DNA of 64,000 nucleotides from Macrostomum lignano (Eukaryota), in assembly GCA_002269645.1 (NCBI GenBank), contig NIVC01000359.1:310001-374000 (forward strand), read 5' to 3'. This document shows positions 40,783 to 53,608 of the stretch, in pieces (positions within the stretch are counted from its first letter, which is position 1; each line of letters opens with the position of its first letter). The notes under the pieces were generated by a model that ran no database searches, was not told the DNA's origin, and saw nothing but the letters and a program-made list of their open reading frames with translations. The position numbers were made by a program, and so were the translations under genes.

Positions 40783-40956
40783 TTAATGCAATTTATATAA
40801 AACCCAGGGTTAAAATCTTATGTCATTACGCATTAATACATCAGAGTCTACTGCCAGTAGGGTAGTGGGGCTTCGATATCGGGTATTGCTGTACTATAGT
40901 CATTTCGCAGCAGCAACAACGCCCTAAACAGAGCTCTGTGCATTTGCACTTTTCAG

Positions 40957-41201
40957 AACCTGTTTCGCGGCATCAGCATGAAGAGAACAAAGAGTGCAAC
41001 CAAGCTCAATGAGGCTCGTCACAGGGTTGCTAACCAGCCAATGGCGGTGCAGCAGCAGCAGCCGCCGCAGGCGCAACCGCAACATCCCGCGATAGTTCCC
41101 GGCATGCGTCAGGATTTTTCTGATAGCTTTCTAAGCGGAGGCTATTATGGTTATCAGGGCTATCCAGTTTCGCAGCAGCAGCTTCATCAGTACCAGCTCA
41201 T

Positions 41202-41239
<38 letters not shown>

Positions 41240-41276
41240 CGGCTGCATTCTATCTGGACAATGGAGTCGACATGTC
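40957..41276 (+). CDS. DAB2IP: RasGAP exon 3 (KRTKSATKL motif, Q12 tract)
   Basis: ttttcag| acceptor and TC|GTGAGT donor, phase 0 to 2. Confidence 0.85.
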
Positions 41277-41550
41277 GTGAGTTTATTTAGCATGCCGAGT
41301 GTCCCGTTTTAGTGTTAGCAGATTGATTTGTAATTGCGCGTGTTAGAAACCTGATTGATCAATTATTTATTTTCAGTTTGATTATACATTTAAACTAATT
41401 AATAACTAATCATTATTTATGGCTGCTTAATAATAATATTTGCATAACCCCCGACTGCCCGGCATGCTATAATCTGAGGATTAGTATTAGCATTAAAAGT
41501 TACCGCATGACTGGGATGCCTGTGCAGCAGTGCAGAATTGCTAATTTCAG

Positions 41551-41919
41551 CGGTGGCAGCAGCAGCAACAGCAGCAGCAGCAGGCCAGCCCAGCTGCAGA
41601 TGCGCCGCTCACTCAGTGCAGGCCGGCTGAGTCGCAACCAGGCCCTGATGGCTGAGCACCAGCGGAGGCTGCAGCAATTGCAGCAGCAGCAGCAGCAGCA
41701 GGAGCAGCAAGATCGCAGGCGCTACCCTCAGCCTGGAGCTGGACGCCGCCTCATCAGCAGCTGCATGCCAATTGGCGTGGCCAACGCTAACGACGATTCT
41801 GACGACGCCGACTCTCAGCGGGAGGACGCCGAGAATTTTATTATTAATAATAATATTAATCATATGGCGGTTGGCAACCGCTGTTTTGTGGAAATTGCTG
41901 CCGGGCAGGCGGCGCAAGA
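41551..41919 (+). CDS. DAB2IP: RasGAP exon 4 (low-complexity S/Q-rich)
   Basis: atttcag| acceptor and GA|GTGAGT donor, phase 2 to 2, open frame. Confidence 0.75.
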
Positions 41920-42057
41920 GTGAGTGCTGATGATGATTGGGCCCGCTGCTTAGCTCTGCTTTCGCTTGCCTGCTCTAACCTATGCTTGTGTGACCACTTT
42001 TTATTTCTAACACTGCCGCTAACTGGATAACTGGTTTGCACTGGACCCTGGTCTGTT

Positions 42058-42435
42058 GCTCTCCCTTCTCTCCCTTCTCTCTCCCTTCTCTCTCCATTCT
42101 CTCTCTTCTCTCTCCCTTCTCTCTCCCTTCTCTCTCCATTCTCTCCCTTCTCTCTCCCTTCTCTCCCTTCTCTCCTCCCTTCTCTCCATTCTCTCCCTTC
42201 TCTCCCTTCTCTCCCTTCTTTCCCTTCTCTCTCTTCTCTCTCCCTTCTCTCTCCCTTCTCTCTCCCTTCTCTCCCTTCTCTCCTCCCTTCTCTCCATTCT
42301 CTCCCTTCTCTCCCTTCTCTCCCTTCTTTCCCTTCTCTCTCTTCTCTCTCCCTTCTCTCTCCCTTCTCTCTCCCTTCTCTCCCTTCTCTCCTCCCTTCTC
42401 TCCATTCTCTCCCTTCTCTCCCTTGTCTCCCTTCT
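42058..42435. repeat. CT-rich repeat (CTCCCTTCT units) with ~108 bp higher-order period
   Basis: The 36-aa periodicity in the reverse ORF reflects the DNA period. Confidence 0.9.
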
Positions 42436-43804
42436 CTAAACAGTTAATTAATTTACTCTCTCCTAAAACTCTATTGTCTGCCTCCCTTATTTCATTCTTC
42501 ATCAAAACACGTTTTCTTCAAAAGGTTCAATTGTTACTACTTTTCACTAGTAGCCATTAGCAGCTATTTTAATTTTAGCATCACCACCCTAAGCAGCACT
42601 TGCATCAAAATCGGCCCGCGCCATCGCAATTTGCGCCCATCCGGCTTCTGCCCATCTCCGTTGCATCTGCCCCTGCCTTCCCTCATTTCCCCAGCTGTTG
42701 TTTTTTAGCACTTCTTTGCTTCTTTGTATTTGTTTTTGCAATTTATTTTTTTCTCTCGCTGACAAGGGCCGTCCGCATGCCTGTGTCACTGTTGCGTGAC
42801 CTGCAGCTGCCACTGCATCCCCTGCTCTGACCAGCGCGTCTTGCCTCCTCTCCCCCCTCTTCCCCTTCTCCCTGTCACCTTCCTTTGTCTCTCTCTCTCC
42901 CCCCTCTCCTTCTCCTTATCTCCCTCTCCCTCTCTTTATCTCCTTCTCCCTCTCTTTATCTCCCTCTACATCACACCACTACCCTCATACGTACAAAAGC
43001 CAACTGTGCAACTCCTTCCAAACATCTCCCTCTCCTTATCTCCCTCTCCCTCTCCTTATCTCCCTCTTATCTCTCTCATTCTCTGCACCCTCCCTGACCC
43101 GTCCCTGTCTCCTCTGTCCCCTCCTTTCATCTGTCTCCACCTTTCCTACTTCGTAATCTCTTCCGTGATCGCCCATTTTCTGTCTTCAATTTTTTTCTTC
43201 TGTCGGTTCTTCAAATTAAAATCTTCTTTTAGGCCGCCTTCACCACCCAGTGGGAGCTGTCCTGCTGCTCAATCAATCAGTGCTTGTCTTATTTTGATTT
43301 ATAAATCTCTGCGATTTTGCCTAAAGGCAAGAGAAAAACCAGCTTCTCGAACGTTCGAAGCTTTCTTCTGGCTGAAGAAAACACAGAGAATCAGCCCTAG
43401 CTCTCCCAGTCCCATGGGGAACCAATGAGGGCCCCGGGGCCGGTTAGCAACTGCAAGAGCTGCTTTCTCTCTTCTCACCCCCTTCCCCTCTAAATCTCTT
43501 ATTTTCCCTGCTCCAGTTGAATTTCTTATCAGCCGGGCTCGGGCGGGGCAAGTCGTATTTCTCTGCCAGTGCCAGCAGTCTGTCTCTGTCTGTGTGGGCT
43601 TGGGAAGCCGGCATGCATTGTTCCCGCTGTGCCAGCAGGCTTATTCCTGTTAAACACCGCTGCTTATGCACACCTGGATAGGCCGACTTATTGCCTGGTG
43701 AGTGACCGGTCTGCGATAGTCTGTGGTATAGTAACGAAGCTTAGTATTTGGCCTATGTCAGAGTGCTGTAGTGCTCTCCTTAGTGTCTCTCCTTGGTGCC
43801 TCAC

Positions 43805-44525
43805 CTATTCCCCTCTCTCCGTTCCCCTGATCTCCCCTCTCTCCTCATCTGTTCCCCCTGATCTCCCCTATCCCATCTCTTATTTGTTCCCCCTGATCTC
43901 CCCTCTCTCCTCTCATCTGTTTCCCCTGATCTCCACTCTCCCCACATCTGTCCCCCCTGATCTCCCCTATCCCATCTCTCATCTGTTCCCCCTGATCTCC
44001 ACTCTCTCCTCATCTGTCCCCCCTGATCTCCCCTATCCCATCTCTCATCTGTTCCCCCTGATCTCCCCTATCCCATCTCTCATCTGTTCCCCCTGATCTC
44101 CCGTATCCCATCTCTCATCTGTTCCCCCTGATCTCCCCTCTCTTCTCTCATCTGTTTCCCCTGATCTCCACTCTCTCCTCTCATCTGTTTCCCCTGATCT
44201 CCCCTCTCTCCTCTCATCTGTTCCCCCTGATCTCCCCTCTCTCCTCTCATCTGTTCCCCCTGATCTCCCCTCTCTCCTCTCATCTGTTCCCCCTGATCTC
44301 CCCTATCCCATCTCTCATCTGTCCCCCTGATCTCCCCTCTCTCCTCTCATCTGTTTCCCCTGATCTCCACTCTCCCCACATCTGTCCCCCCTGATCTCCC
44401 CTCTCTCCTCTCATCTGTTTCCCCTGATCTCTACTCTCCCCACATCTGTCCCCCCTGATCTCCCTTCTCCCATTTCTCATCTGTTCCCCCTGATCTCCCC
44501 TCTTTCCTCTTTCATCTGTTCCCAA
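43805..44525. repeat. ~33 bp minisatellite (TCTCATCTGTTCCCCCTGATCTCCCCTCTCTCC)
   Basis: About 22 units; the 11-aa ORF period matches. Confidence 0.92.
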
Positions 44526-45012
44526 CTAACCTCGCATCTTTTCTCTTCAGATCCTTCCACATCTTTATTTTAGCCCTTTGTCTCCCCGCTTCTCTCTTCT
44601 CATTTACCTTATTAAAAAGTTTTAAACTTTAGCGTGACCCACATTGTATCCTTACGATTTTGCGCACTCGTAGATCTGCTGGTCAGCGCCATCTCCGCTT
44701 TCGTTACCCACGTTATTTTTTTGGCAATTCGAACCAACTGTAAATAATTTAGCAGCGACAGCAGTGTCCATTATAAAGTGTTTTATTGCGATATACTCGC
44801 ATGCTCTTTTCTTTAGCATATTCTGCTCAAGAAGAAGATGTACTTTACTGTACTGAAGGCAGACTGGCTAAGTTTATGAGCGGGTCTCGGGCGGGGCTGA
44901 TTATGCCGTGCCAATCTATCATGCCCGCCGCCAAATTAATTTTTGGCTTGGTGGGGTCTGCCGAGTGCGGCCGTCTGGGCTGGTCTAGGGATGCCTGGAT
45001 GTCTGAGGCTAT

Positions 45013-45518
<506 letters not shown>

Positions 45519-46049
45519 ACCTGTCTCACCAATTAGATCTGTCTGTCTCAATCCATCTATTATTTATCCCTCAGCTTAATCCCCACTTCAGCACGGGTGG
45601 ATAGTATTTGGGAACCCACGAGTGTGACGATTCGTGCGAATATTGCCAGCTCAGGTAATAATTGCGTGAAGACTCCCGGGGGGAGGGGCAAGCTAGTTCC
45701 TCGCCTCAGGGATTAAGGACAGGCTCGGATTAAGAGTAAAAGACGAATAAAATTGCATGGGTAGGAGAAGAGACGAGAAATCCGCGCTCCTGTTTCTGAA
45801 TTAATTGACCCGGCCGCAGCTTCTTTGCTGACCTCTATCGGCAGAGTAGAGACGGGCAACGAGTCAGGAAAACCACCTTGCTTAAGGGCGGAGTGAGGGA
45901 CTGAAAGGCAAAGAAAATGATGTTCGTATCAAAGGTTTTCAATGTGGAAATGTTTAATATTGTATTTAAATTTGTCGACAAGATCTGTGCCATTATTAAG
46001 GCAATGATTATTAAGGAGAATCCCGCCGCCTGTTTCATCCCTTTAATCT

Positions 46050-46915
46050 GATTGGCTAGGCGCTCGTCTTCTGCTACGTATATGTATTTCCTATCTATCC
46101 CTTATCTCGATTTTAATTGGCTAGACGTTTTTCTACTGCTACGTCTCTGTACTTCCTCTCTACCTCTTATGTCTATTCTAGTTGGATAGGCGCTTTTTTA
46201 CTGCTTCGTCTATGTACTTCCTCTCTACCTCTTATCTCGATTCTAATTGGCTAGGCGCTTTTCTACCTACTGCTTCGTCTCTGTACTTCCTCTCTACCCC
46301 TTATCTCGATTCTAATTGGCTAGGCGCTTTTCTACCTACTGCTTCGTCTCTGTACTTCCTCTCTACCCCTTATCTCGATTCTAATTGGCTAGGCGCTTTT
46401 CTACCTACTGCTTCGTCTCTGTACTTCCTCTCTACCCCTTATCTCGATTCTAATTGGCTAGGCGCTTTTCTACCTACTGCTTCGTCTCTGTACTTCCTCT
46501 CTACCCCTTATCTCGATTCTAATTGGCTAGGCGCTTTTCTACCTACTGCTTCGTCTCTGTACTTCCTCTCTACCCCTTATCTCGATTCTAATTGGCTAGG
46601 CGCTTTTCTACCTACTGCTTCGTCTTTGTACTTCCTCTCTACCCCTTATCTCGATTCTAATTGGCTAGGCGCTTTTCTACCTACTGCTTCGTCTCTGTAC
46701 TTCCTCTCTACCCCTTATCTCGATTCTAATTGGCTAGGCGCTTTTCTACCTACTGCTTCGTCTCTGTACTTCCTCTCTACCCCTTATCTCGATTCTAATT
46801 GGCTAGGCGCTTTTCTACCTACTGCTTCGTCTCTGTACATCCTCTCTACCGCTTGTCTCGATTCTATTTGGCTAGGCGCTGTTTTACTATTTCGTCTCAG
46901 CTTCTTCTCTATCCC
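46050..46915. repeat. 69 bp minisatellite (~10 copies plus degenerate flanks) containing ATTGGCT
   Basis: The 23-aa ORF period matches; it lies in RasGAP intron 4. Confidence 0.95.
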
Positions 46916-47051
46916 CATCTGAATTTTTATTGGCTTTGAAACCCACCTCTTTATTTCAGATTTTCAACGGTTTCTATTTTTAATGTTTCATTACTAAACC
47001 TTCCCCAAATAATAATTCACTATTTTATCTTCTTTGTCATTCCAATTCCAG

Positions 47052-47312
47052 CGGCGGCTTGAGGCCGGCACAGTCGCACGAATCTCTGCTGATGTCACCG
47101 GCTGGTCCTCAGCAGCAGCAGCCGCCGCAGTCACAACAGGCGCCGCAGCCGCTGCCAATGGGTCCGAGCACTGAAGTGCGCGGCCTGCATCAGTCGCTGA
47201 TGCCCGGCCTTCCAGTCGGCTCGGCGTCGTTTGCCATCTCCAACAATCCGGACAGGGTCAACCGGTACTTCGCTGCCCAGTCTCAGGAGGAGGCCAGGCG
47301 GTGGCAGGATGG
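47052..47312 (+). CDS. DAB2IP: RasGAP exon 5 (SHESLL motif, PH-domain part)
   Basis: RPAQSHESLL matches the family SRSHESLL. VRGLHQSL...RYFAAQSQEEARRW resembles the PH C-terminal half (PVHSSIL...CFACRSAAERDKW). Phase 2 to 2. Confidence 0.9.
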
Positions 47313-47334
47313 GTGAGTGGCGCAGATCCTCCGC

Positions 47335-47610
47335 GATTCATGGACTACGAAATCTAAGTCCCGTATTGCAGACTGCGAAATACAAATCCCAACTTCATGG
47401 ACTGCGAAATCAAGATGGCCCTAAATTCATGGACTACGAAATCAAGATGGTCCAAAATTCATTGACTACGAAATTGAGACGGTCCAAAATTCATGGACTA
47501 CGAAATCAAGATGGTCCAAAATTCATTGACTACGAAATTGAGACGGTCCTAAATTCATGGACTACGAAATCTAGATGGTTCTAAATTCATGGACTACGAA
47601 ATCTAGAATT
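47335..47610. repeat. 32 bp minisatellite (AATTCATGGACTACGAAATCAAGATGGTCCAA)
   Basis: About 8 copies starting ~20 bp after the donor at 47313. Confidence 0.92.
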
Positions 47611-47718
47611 CTATACCCAGGCCCTCTTCTAAAAGCATCCATGCAACTTCTGCAGCTATTAAATATGAAGTTTAGTGATTTAACTTTAGAAATGGACACA
47701 AAACCCTGCAACACGCAG

Positions 47719-47820
47719 ACTTCGAAAGGTGTCTCGTCCGGATCTGGACAACACCCGGCACCGGGAGAACTCTCTCAAACTGTGGATATTCGAGGCCAAG
47801 CGGCTGCAATCGAAGAAAAG
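47719..47820 (+). CDS. DAB2IP: RasGAP exon 6 (start of C2: LRKVSRPDLDNTRHRENSLKLWIFEAKRLQSKK)
   Basis: Matches the family LRRAV.PNKDN.RRV...LKLW.IEAK.LP.KK. Bounded by cgcag| and AG|GTGAGT. Not shown in the ORF track. Confidence 0.93.
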
Positions 47821-47901
47821 GTGAGTCAATCTGGACGAAATAACATTTGCGGTCGAGTCTAGGATGTTTCCTAGAATGCAACTGCCTCTCCAATCATGCA
47901 G

Positions 47902-48006
47902 CTATTTCTGCGAGATCAGCCTCAACCAGGTGCTGTACGCTCGGACTAGCAATAAAGAGAAAACTAGCGACTCGGATCCGTTCTGGGGCGAAGCGTTCGA
48001 GTTCAG
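47902..48006 (+). CDS. DAB2IP: RasGAP exon 7 (C2: YFCEISLNQVLYARTSNKEKTSDSDPFWGEAFEF)
   Basis: Matches the family Y.CELCLDDVLYART..K..TD.VFWGEHFEF. Bounded by tgcag| and AG|GTGCGT. Confidence 0.95.
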
Positions 48007-48194
48007 GTGCGTTTCTCGCTTGAGCTGTAATCACTTCGCGTAATCCTGATTAGCGATTTTGTCCTTTTTTATCAGTAGAAAAATGGATAGGATTATCCAC
48101 GGAGGCATTTCCAATCGATATTCTCCAAATAAATTCCTTATTGAAATTTCCCAAAATAAGTTCTCAATGAAATTTATTCCCCATGAAGATTCTA

Positions 48195-48825
48195 TACGCG
48201 ATTAACCGCAAGAGATTTTCTTCAGGAATTCCCCATATAGATTCTTCGCGGGGATTCCCCATATAGATTGTCCGCAGGGATTCCCTAAATAAACTCCACA
48301 GGGATTCCCCAAAGAAACTCCACAGGGATTCCCCAAAGAAACTCCGCAGAAATTCCCCAAATAAACTCCACAGGGATTTCCCAAAAAAAACTCCGCAGGG
48401 ATTCCCCAAAAAACTCTACAGGGATTCCCCAAATAAACTCCGCAGGGATTCCCCAGATAAACTCCACAGGGATTCCCAAATAAACTCCACAGGGATTCCC
48501 CAAAGACACTTCGCAGGAATTCCCCAAATATACTCCACAGGGATTTCCCAAAAAAACTCCGCATGAATTCCGTAAATAAACTCCACAAGGATTCCCCAAA
48601 GAAACTCCGCAGGAATTCCCCAAATAAACTCCACAGGGATTCCCCAAAGAAACTCAAAAAGGATTCCCAAAGGAACTCCACAGGGATTCCCATATAGATT
48701 ATCCACAGGATTCCCCATATAGATTCTCCACAGGGATTCCCCATATAAATTCTCCACAGGGATTCCCCATATAGATTCTCCGCAGGGATTCCCCATATAG
48801 ATTCTCCACAGGGATTCCCCATAGA
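48195..48825. repeat. 24 bp minisatellite (GGGATTCCCCAAATAAACTCCACA)
   Basis: About 26 copies filling most of RasGAP intron 7. Confidence 0.95.
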
Positions 48826-48856
48826 GGTTCTCCAACCTTCCTCTCAACACCCGCAG

Positions 48857-49824
48857 CAACCTACAAGACATCAGTCTGCTCACCGTGCGCGTTTTCAAGA
48901 CCCAGTCTGAGCGCAAAAAGAAGCACCGTGGCCAGCAGCAGCCGCAGATTCTGCAACAGCAGCAGCAGCATCGCAAGAACCGCCTAGTTGGCGAGTTGAA
49001 CATCCCCACTCACGAGATTCTCAGCCCCACGGAGCGCTGGTTCGATTTGGCGCCGGCGTCATCCTCGGCGTCGTCTAGTGGCAGCGCCGCGTCCTCGGCG
49101 CCGGCGGCCATCCGAGTGAAGGCGCGCTACCTCAGCGTTGACGTCCTGCCGTTGGCCTGGTACTCCGGCCTGCACGACTGCCTGCTGCGCGACCACTGCC
49201 TTCTGGCCGCCTGCCTGGAGCCCCGCCTGCACGTTCGGGTGAAGGAGGACCTGGCCAGCTGCCTGGTGGCGCTGGCGCACCGGCGCGGCCGAGCGCACAG
49301 TTTGGTAGCCGATCTGGTGTTGCAGGAGCTCGAACCCGCGACTGGCCCGGCCGGTGCAATCGCTGGCATAGATTTCCGCGGCAACTCCCTAGCAACTAAG
49401 AGTGTTGAGCACTATCTGCGCCTGGTGGGCTCTCGCTACCTTCGCCAGGTGCTGTCGGAGCCGCTGTCGATGTTGCTACGGTCGAACGATTGCTGTGAAG
49501 TTGACCCGCTGAAGGTGTCCGGCCCTGCCGAGCTGGCCGCGAACCAGCGCTCCCTTTGCCTGTTCGCCGAGCTGTTCTGGTCCCGGGTGGCCTCCTCGTT
49601 GGACCGCCTGCCGTCTGATATTCGCCGCCTGTTTGCCTGCATTCGGCAGCGTCAGCGGCGTCAGCAGATGTGCGACACCTTGGTGAGCGCCGGCTTTTTC
49701 CTTCGGTTCGTCTGCCCGGCCATACTCGGCCCATCGCTGTTCGGCCTGTGCCAGGAGCTGCCCGGGCCCAGGGCTGCCAGGGCGCTGACTCTCATTGCCA
49801 AGACTGTGCAGAACCTGGCCAATG
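48857..49824 (+). CDS. DAB2IP: RasGAP exon 8 (end of C2 plus RasGAP domain)
   Basis: Arginine finger FRGNSLATK and motif FFLRFVCPAILGPSLF...RALTLIAKTVQNLAN. Bounded by cgcag| and G|GTGGGT, phase 2 to 1. Confidence 0.95.
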
Positions 49825-49844
49825 GTGGGTTGCCGTTTTGTCTG

Positions 49845-50170
49845 TCACTCCAGTGTCTGTTGTCTGTCACTCTAGTGTCTGTTGTCTGTCACTCCAGTGT
49901 CTAATTGTTGTCTGTCACTCCAGTGTCTGTTGTCTGTCACTCCAGTGTCTGTTGTCTGTCACTCCAGTGTCTGTTGTCTGTCACTCCAGTGTCTGTTGTC
50001 TGTCACTCCAGTGTCTGTTGTCTGTCACTCCAGTGTCTGTTGTCTGTCACTCCAGTGTCTGTTGTCTGTCACTCCAGTGTCTTTGTTGTCTGTCACTCCA
50101 GTGTCTTTGTTGTCTGTAACTCCAGTGTGGTAAGTGTGTCACTCCAGTGTCTCCATCTGTCACTCCAGCT
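49845..50170. repeat. 22 bp minisatellite (CTGTCACTCCAGTGTCTGTTGT)
   Basis: About 14 copies starting ~20 bp after the donor at 49825. Confidence 0.94.
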
Positions 50171-50292
50171 TCTTCTTGACACTCTAAGGTATTATTAACA
50201 ATCTATCTAACGATAAACAATCCCCCTATAATCTAAAGCCCATTCCACAATAATAGGATTGCAAGTTAATAAAAGTACAACACGTCCCGCAG

Positions 50293-51890
50293 GCGCCCCG
50301 TTTGGCGGCAAGGAGGCCTACATGAGCTTCATGAACCGCTTCCTGGCAGATCACGCGTCCAGTATGCGCCAGTTCGTGCGCGGGCTCACCGCCCCGCCGC
50401 CGCAGTCCCCCACGCCGCCGCCGCCGCCGCCGGCGGCCCCGCCACAGGCGTCTCTGTCCTCCTCCTCATCCTCGGTCGCCTCCACTGACGCGGCGTCGGC
50501 CGCCTCGGCCGTGCTTGTCGACGCCGGGTTCGAGCTGGCCCAGCTGCACTGCCTGCTGTCCGCCGCGCTCAGCCAGATGGAGCAGGCCGAGCCGGGACTG
50601 CTGGCCAGGGAGCGCTGCTTGGCCAAGGTGGCCGCTCACCTGGCCGAGGTCACCAGGTGCTTGCGGTTCAACTGCCCTCCCCAGCAGCAGCAGCAGCGAC
50701 CGCAGAAGCAGCAGCAGCAGCCACCTCCAGAAGACTGGGTCTACAGCAACGCTAACGAATACGATTCTGATTTGCAGCAGCAGCAGCAGCAGCAGAAGCA
50801 ACAGCAGCAGAAGCAACAGGCCAGAACCAATCGAAAAGCCAATAGTCGGCATCAACGCCCTCCACCGCCGACTGAGTCTCTGCCGCCGCCGCCGCCGCCG
50901 CTTCCTCCGGCTGCAACAGCAGCCCAGGCCGCCGCGGCGGCGAAATGCTCTCCAGCCAGCGTCCAGGAGGACTGGCAGCGGGTGCTGGAAGCCGCCAGAG
51001 CCGCGGTCACCACGGCTTCAACAACCGGCAGCAGCGGCTATCAGAGCTGCCGCACCGCGCCGTCCCCGGTGCAGTTTCTCAATCCCACGTATCAGAAGGC
51101 CGGCTCCGGCCACCTGCCCACCCTGCAGTCCCGCCCATCCTCGGCCAGCAGCGAAGCCGCTGCCGCTGCTGATATTGAAACAGCTGAAGGCGCCTACGAT
51201 ATCGAGGCCGACGATGAAGTCGGCATTGACGATAACGAGGCTGCTGAGGAGGACGAGGAGGAAGTGCCGGTCGCCGCTTCGCCGTCGCCCCGCTGCTCGC
51301 CGCTGCCTGCCGATGACGTCGGCGAGGAGGTCGGCGACTGCTCCGACGAATTGATCGACGAGCAGCGGGACCGTCAGCTGGCTGTCGAGGTGGCCGCGGC
51401 CGCCGCTGCCTACCAGCGCCAGCAGCAGGCATCGGCTACGTCGACTTCGACGTCAACAAAAGCGTCGGCCGCGTCGACAGCCTCGGCGACGTCCTCGACT
51501 GCTGCCGGGCAGCAGCAGCAGCAGCAGCCGCGAGTTCGCATGGGCGTCAGCTCCGTGTCCGCCTACCGGGAGCGGAAGCAGCAACAGCAACTGCAGCAGC
51601 AGCCTCCGCCATCCGCTGACTACGAATCCGAGCTCTCGCAGCTGCACCTGGAGCTGCTGCACACCAGGCAGAGGCTGGAGGCTACCGAGGCTCGCCTAAG
51701 ACTTAACGAGCAGGAGAAGCTGCAGCTCATCGCCGATGCCAGACAGCGGGTTGGCGAGAGTCAAGCTGCCGCCGCCGCCACCGCTGACCCGATGGACAGC
51801 CAACTGCAGCATCAGCAGCAGCTGCAGGCCATCCTTGACCGGTTGAACAGCCTGGAGTGCGACGTCCGCAATGGTCAGCAGGAGTGCTGA
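50293..51890 (+). CDS. DAB2IP: RasGAP terminal exon (FGGKEAYMSFMNRFL, long P/Q/A/acidic region, coiled coil)
   Basis: cgcag| acceptor in phase 1; matches the family FG.KEEYMSFMN.FL. Summed exons from 39066 are 3990 nt, i.e. 1329 aa plus stop. Confidence 0.92.
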
Positions 51891-52069
51891 CTGATCAGCA
51901 TTCTCACCTGTCCTGTTGTTGTTTTTAATCTTCTGCATGATTGTGTTTTTAAAGTCCCGAAAACTAGTTGGCGTGCAATTTTATATTTTATGATTGCCTG
52001 TTGCTTTCGGTTGCTCTGTGCGTGGTGTTCATACAATTCGAACAAAATCTGCTTGGTTGTCCTCAATTT

Positions 52070-52580
52070 TCCTCAATAACCGACGGGATATCCCCTCAAT
52101 GACCGATTAAATTCCCACTTAATAATTAATGAAATTTCCCCTCAATAATTAATGGGATTTCCTTCCATAGTCAGTGGGATTTCCTTCAAAATCGATAGGA
52201 TTTTACCTTAAAAAACCGATGGGATTTCCCTTAGTAACCGATGGGTTTTCCCTCAATAACCGATGGGATTTCCCTCAATACCCGATGGGATTTCCCTCAA
52301 TAACCGATGGGATTTCCCTTAGTAACCGATGGGTTTTCCCTCAATAACCGATGGGATTTCCCTCTATAACCGATAGGATTTCCCTCAATACCCGATGGGA
52401 TTCACCTCAATACCCGATGGGATTTCCCTCAGTAACCGATGGTATTTCCCTCAATACCCGATGGGATTTCCCTCAATAACCGATGGGATTTCCCTCAATA
52501 CCCGATGGGATTTCCCTTAGTAACCGATGGGATTTCCCTTAGTAACCGATGGGTTTTCCCTCAATAACGGATGGTATTAT
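52070..52580. repeat. 22 bp minisatellite (AATAACCGATGGGATTTCCCTC)
   Basis: About 22 copies, ~180 bp downstream of the RasGAP stop. Confidence 0.93.
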
Positions 52581-53119
52581 TCACGAAAAGGCTCGCGCAC
52601 GCAATCCTGGCATCATTCAAACCAAATTCAAGCCAGCTCGGCCTAGTCCATTATTTCTATGTTTTGTTTTTTTAAAGCGTAGGCATTTTCCTAGGATTGA
52701 AACTAATCTTAATTAGAATGCTTTATTGTGTGTCTGTCGCATCACTGTTGCGCCCAGCATATGCCACTGGAGAGGCATAGAGTTTATTTATATCTCTGTC
52801 TATGCTTAGTTCAGCTGCGTGAGACTGACTGCATTATTGTATATCGCTATTTTTCATTTCCAACACGTTTATGCCATGCGGTGTGCAATTCTAATGCATC
52901 TCTCGCCCCCCCCCTGTCACTCATTACAGCAAACTGCCTTATAAGACTATTTACATGTATTGTCTGTCCATCTCTCTCTCTCGGTTGCTTGTGATAAGCT
53001 TCTAATTTTATTAGTTTGGTTTGTTGTTTGTTTGTTGTGTCTGAAGCTGGATTCTACCTGTGCTTGTGTTTGAGCATCTTAGCTGTTATCGAATATTAGA
53101 TCGTTATTTTGAAATGCAG

Positions 53120-53544
53120 AGATCTCATATCCAGGGCTTGAGATCTCCCGGAGGTTAAGAGAAGAGAGATCTCATGAGTGAGATTCTACCGAAGTAGAGA
53201 GATCTCATGGGAGAGATTCTACCGAAGTAGAGAGATCTCATGGGAGAGATTCTACCGAAGAAGAGAGATCTCATGGGAGAGCTTCTGCCGAAGTAGAGAG
53301 ATCTCATGGGAGAGCTTCTGCCGAAGAAGAGAGATCTCATGGGAGAGATCCAACCGAAGCAGAGATATCTCATGAGTGAGATTCTACCGAAGTAGAGAGA
53401 TCTCATGGGAGAGATTCTGCCGAAGTAGAGAGATCTCATGGGAGAGATTCTGCCGAAGTAGAGAGATCTCATGGGAGAGATTCTGCCGAAGTAGAGAGAT
53501 CTCATGGGAGAGGTTCTTCCTAAGTTTTAGGAAGATACTTATCA

Positions 53545-53607
<63 letters not shown>
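53120..53607. repeat. 33 bp minisatellite (GAGAGATCTCATGGGAGAGATTCTGCCGAAGTA) followed by (GA)~29 at 53549-53607
   Basis: About 12 copies; the 11-aa ORF period matches. Confidence 0.94.

Positions 53608-53608
<1 letters not shown>

Noticed and set aside
46182-46922. 246-aa ORF of 23-aa repeats
   Set aside because: It lies in RasGAP intron 4; copies are nearly identical at DNA level with no synonymous variation.
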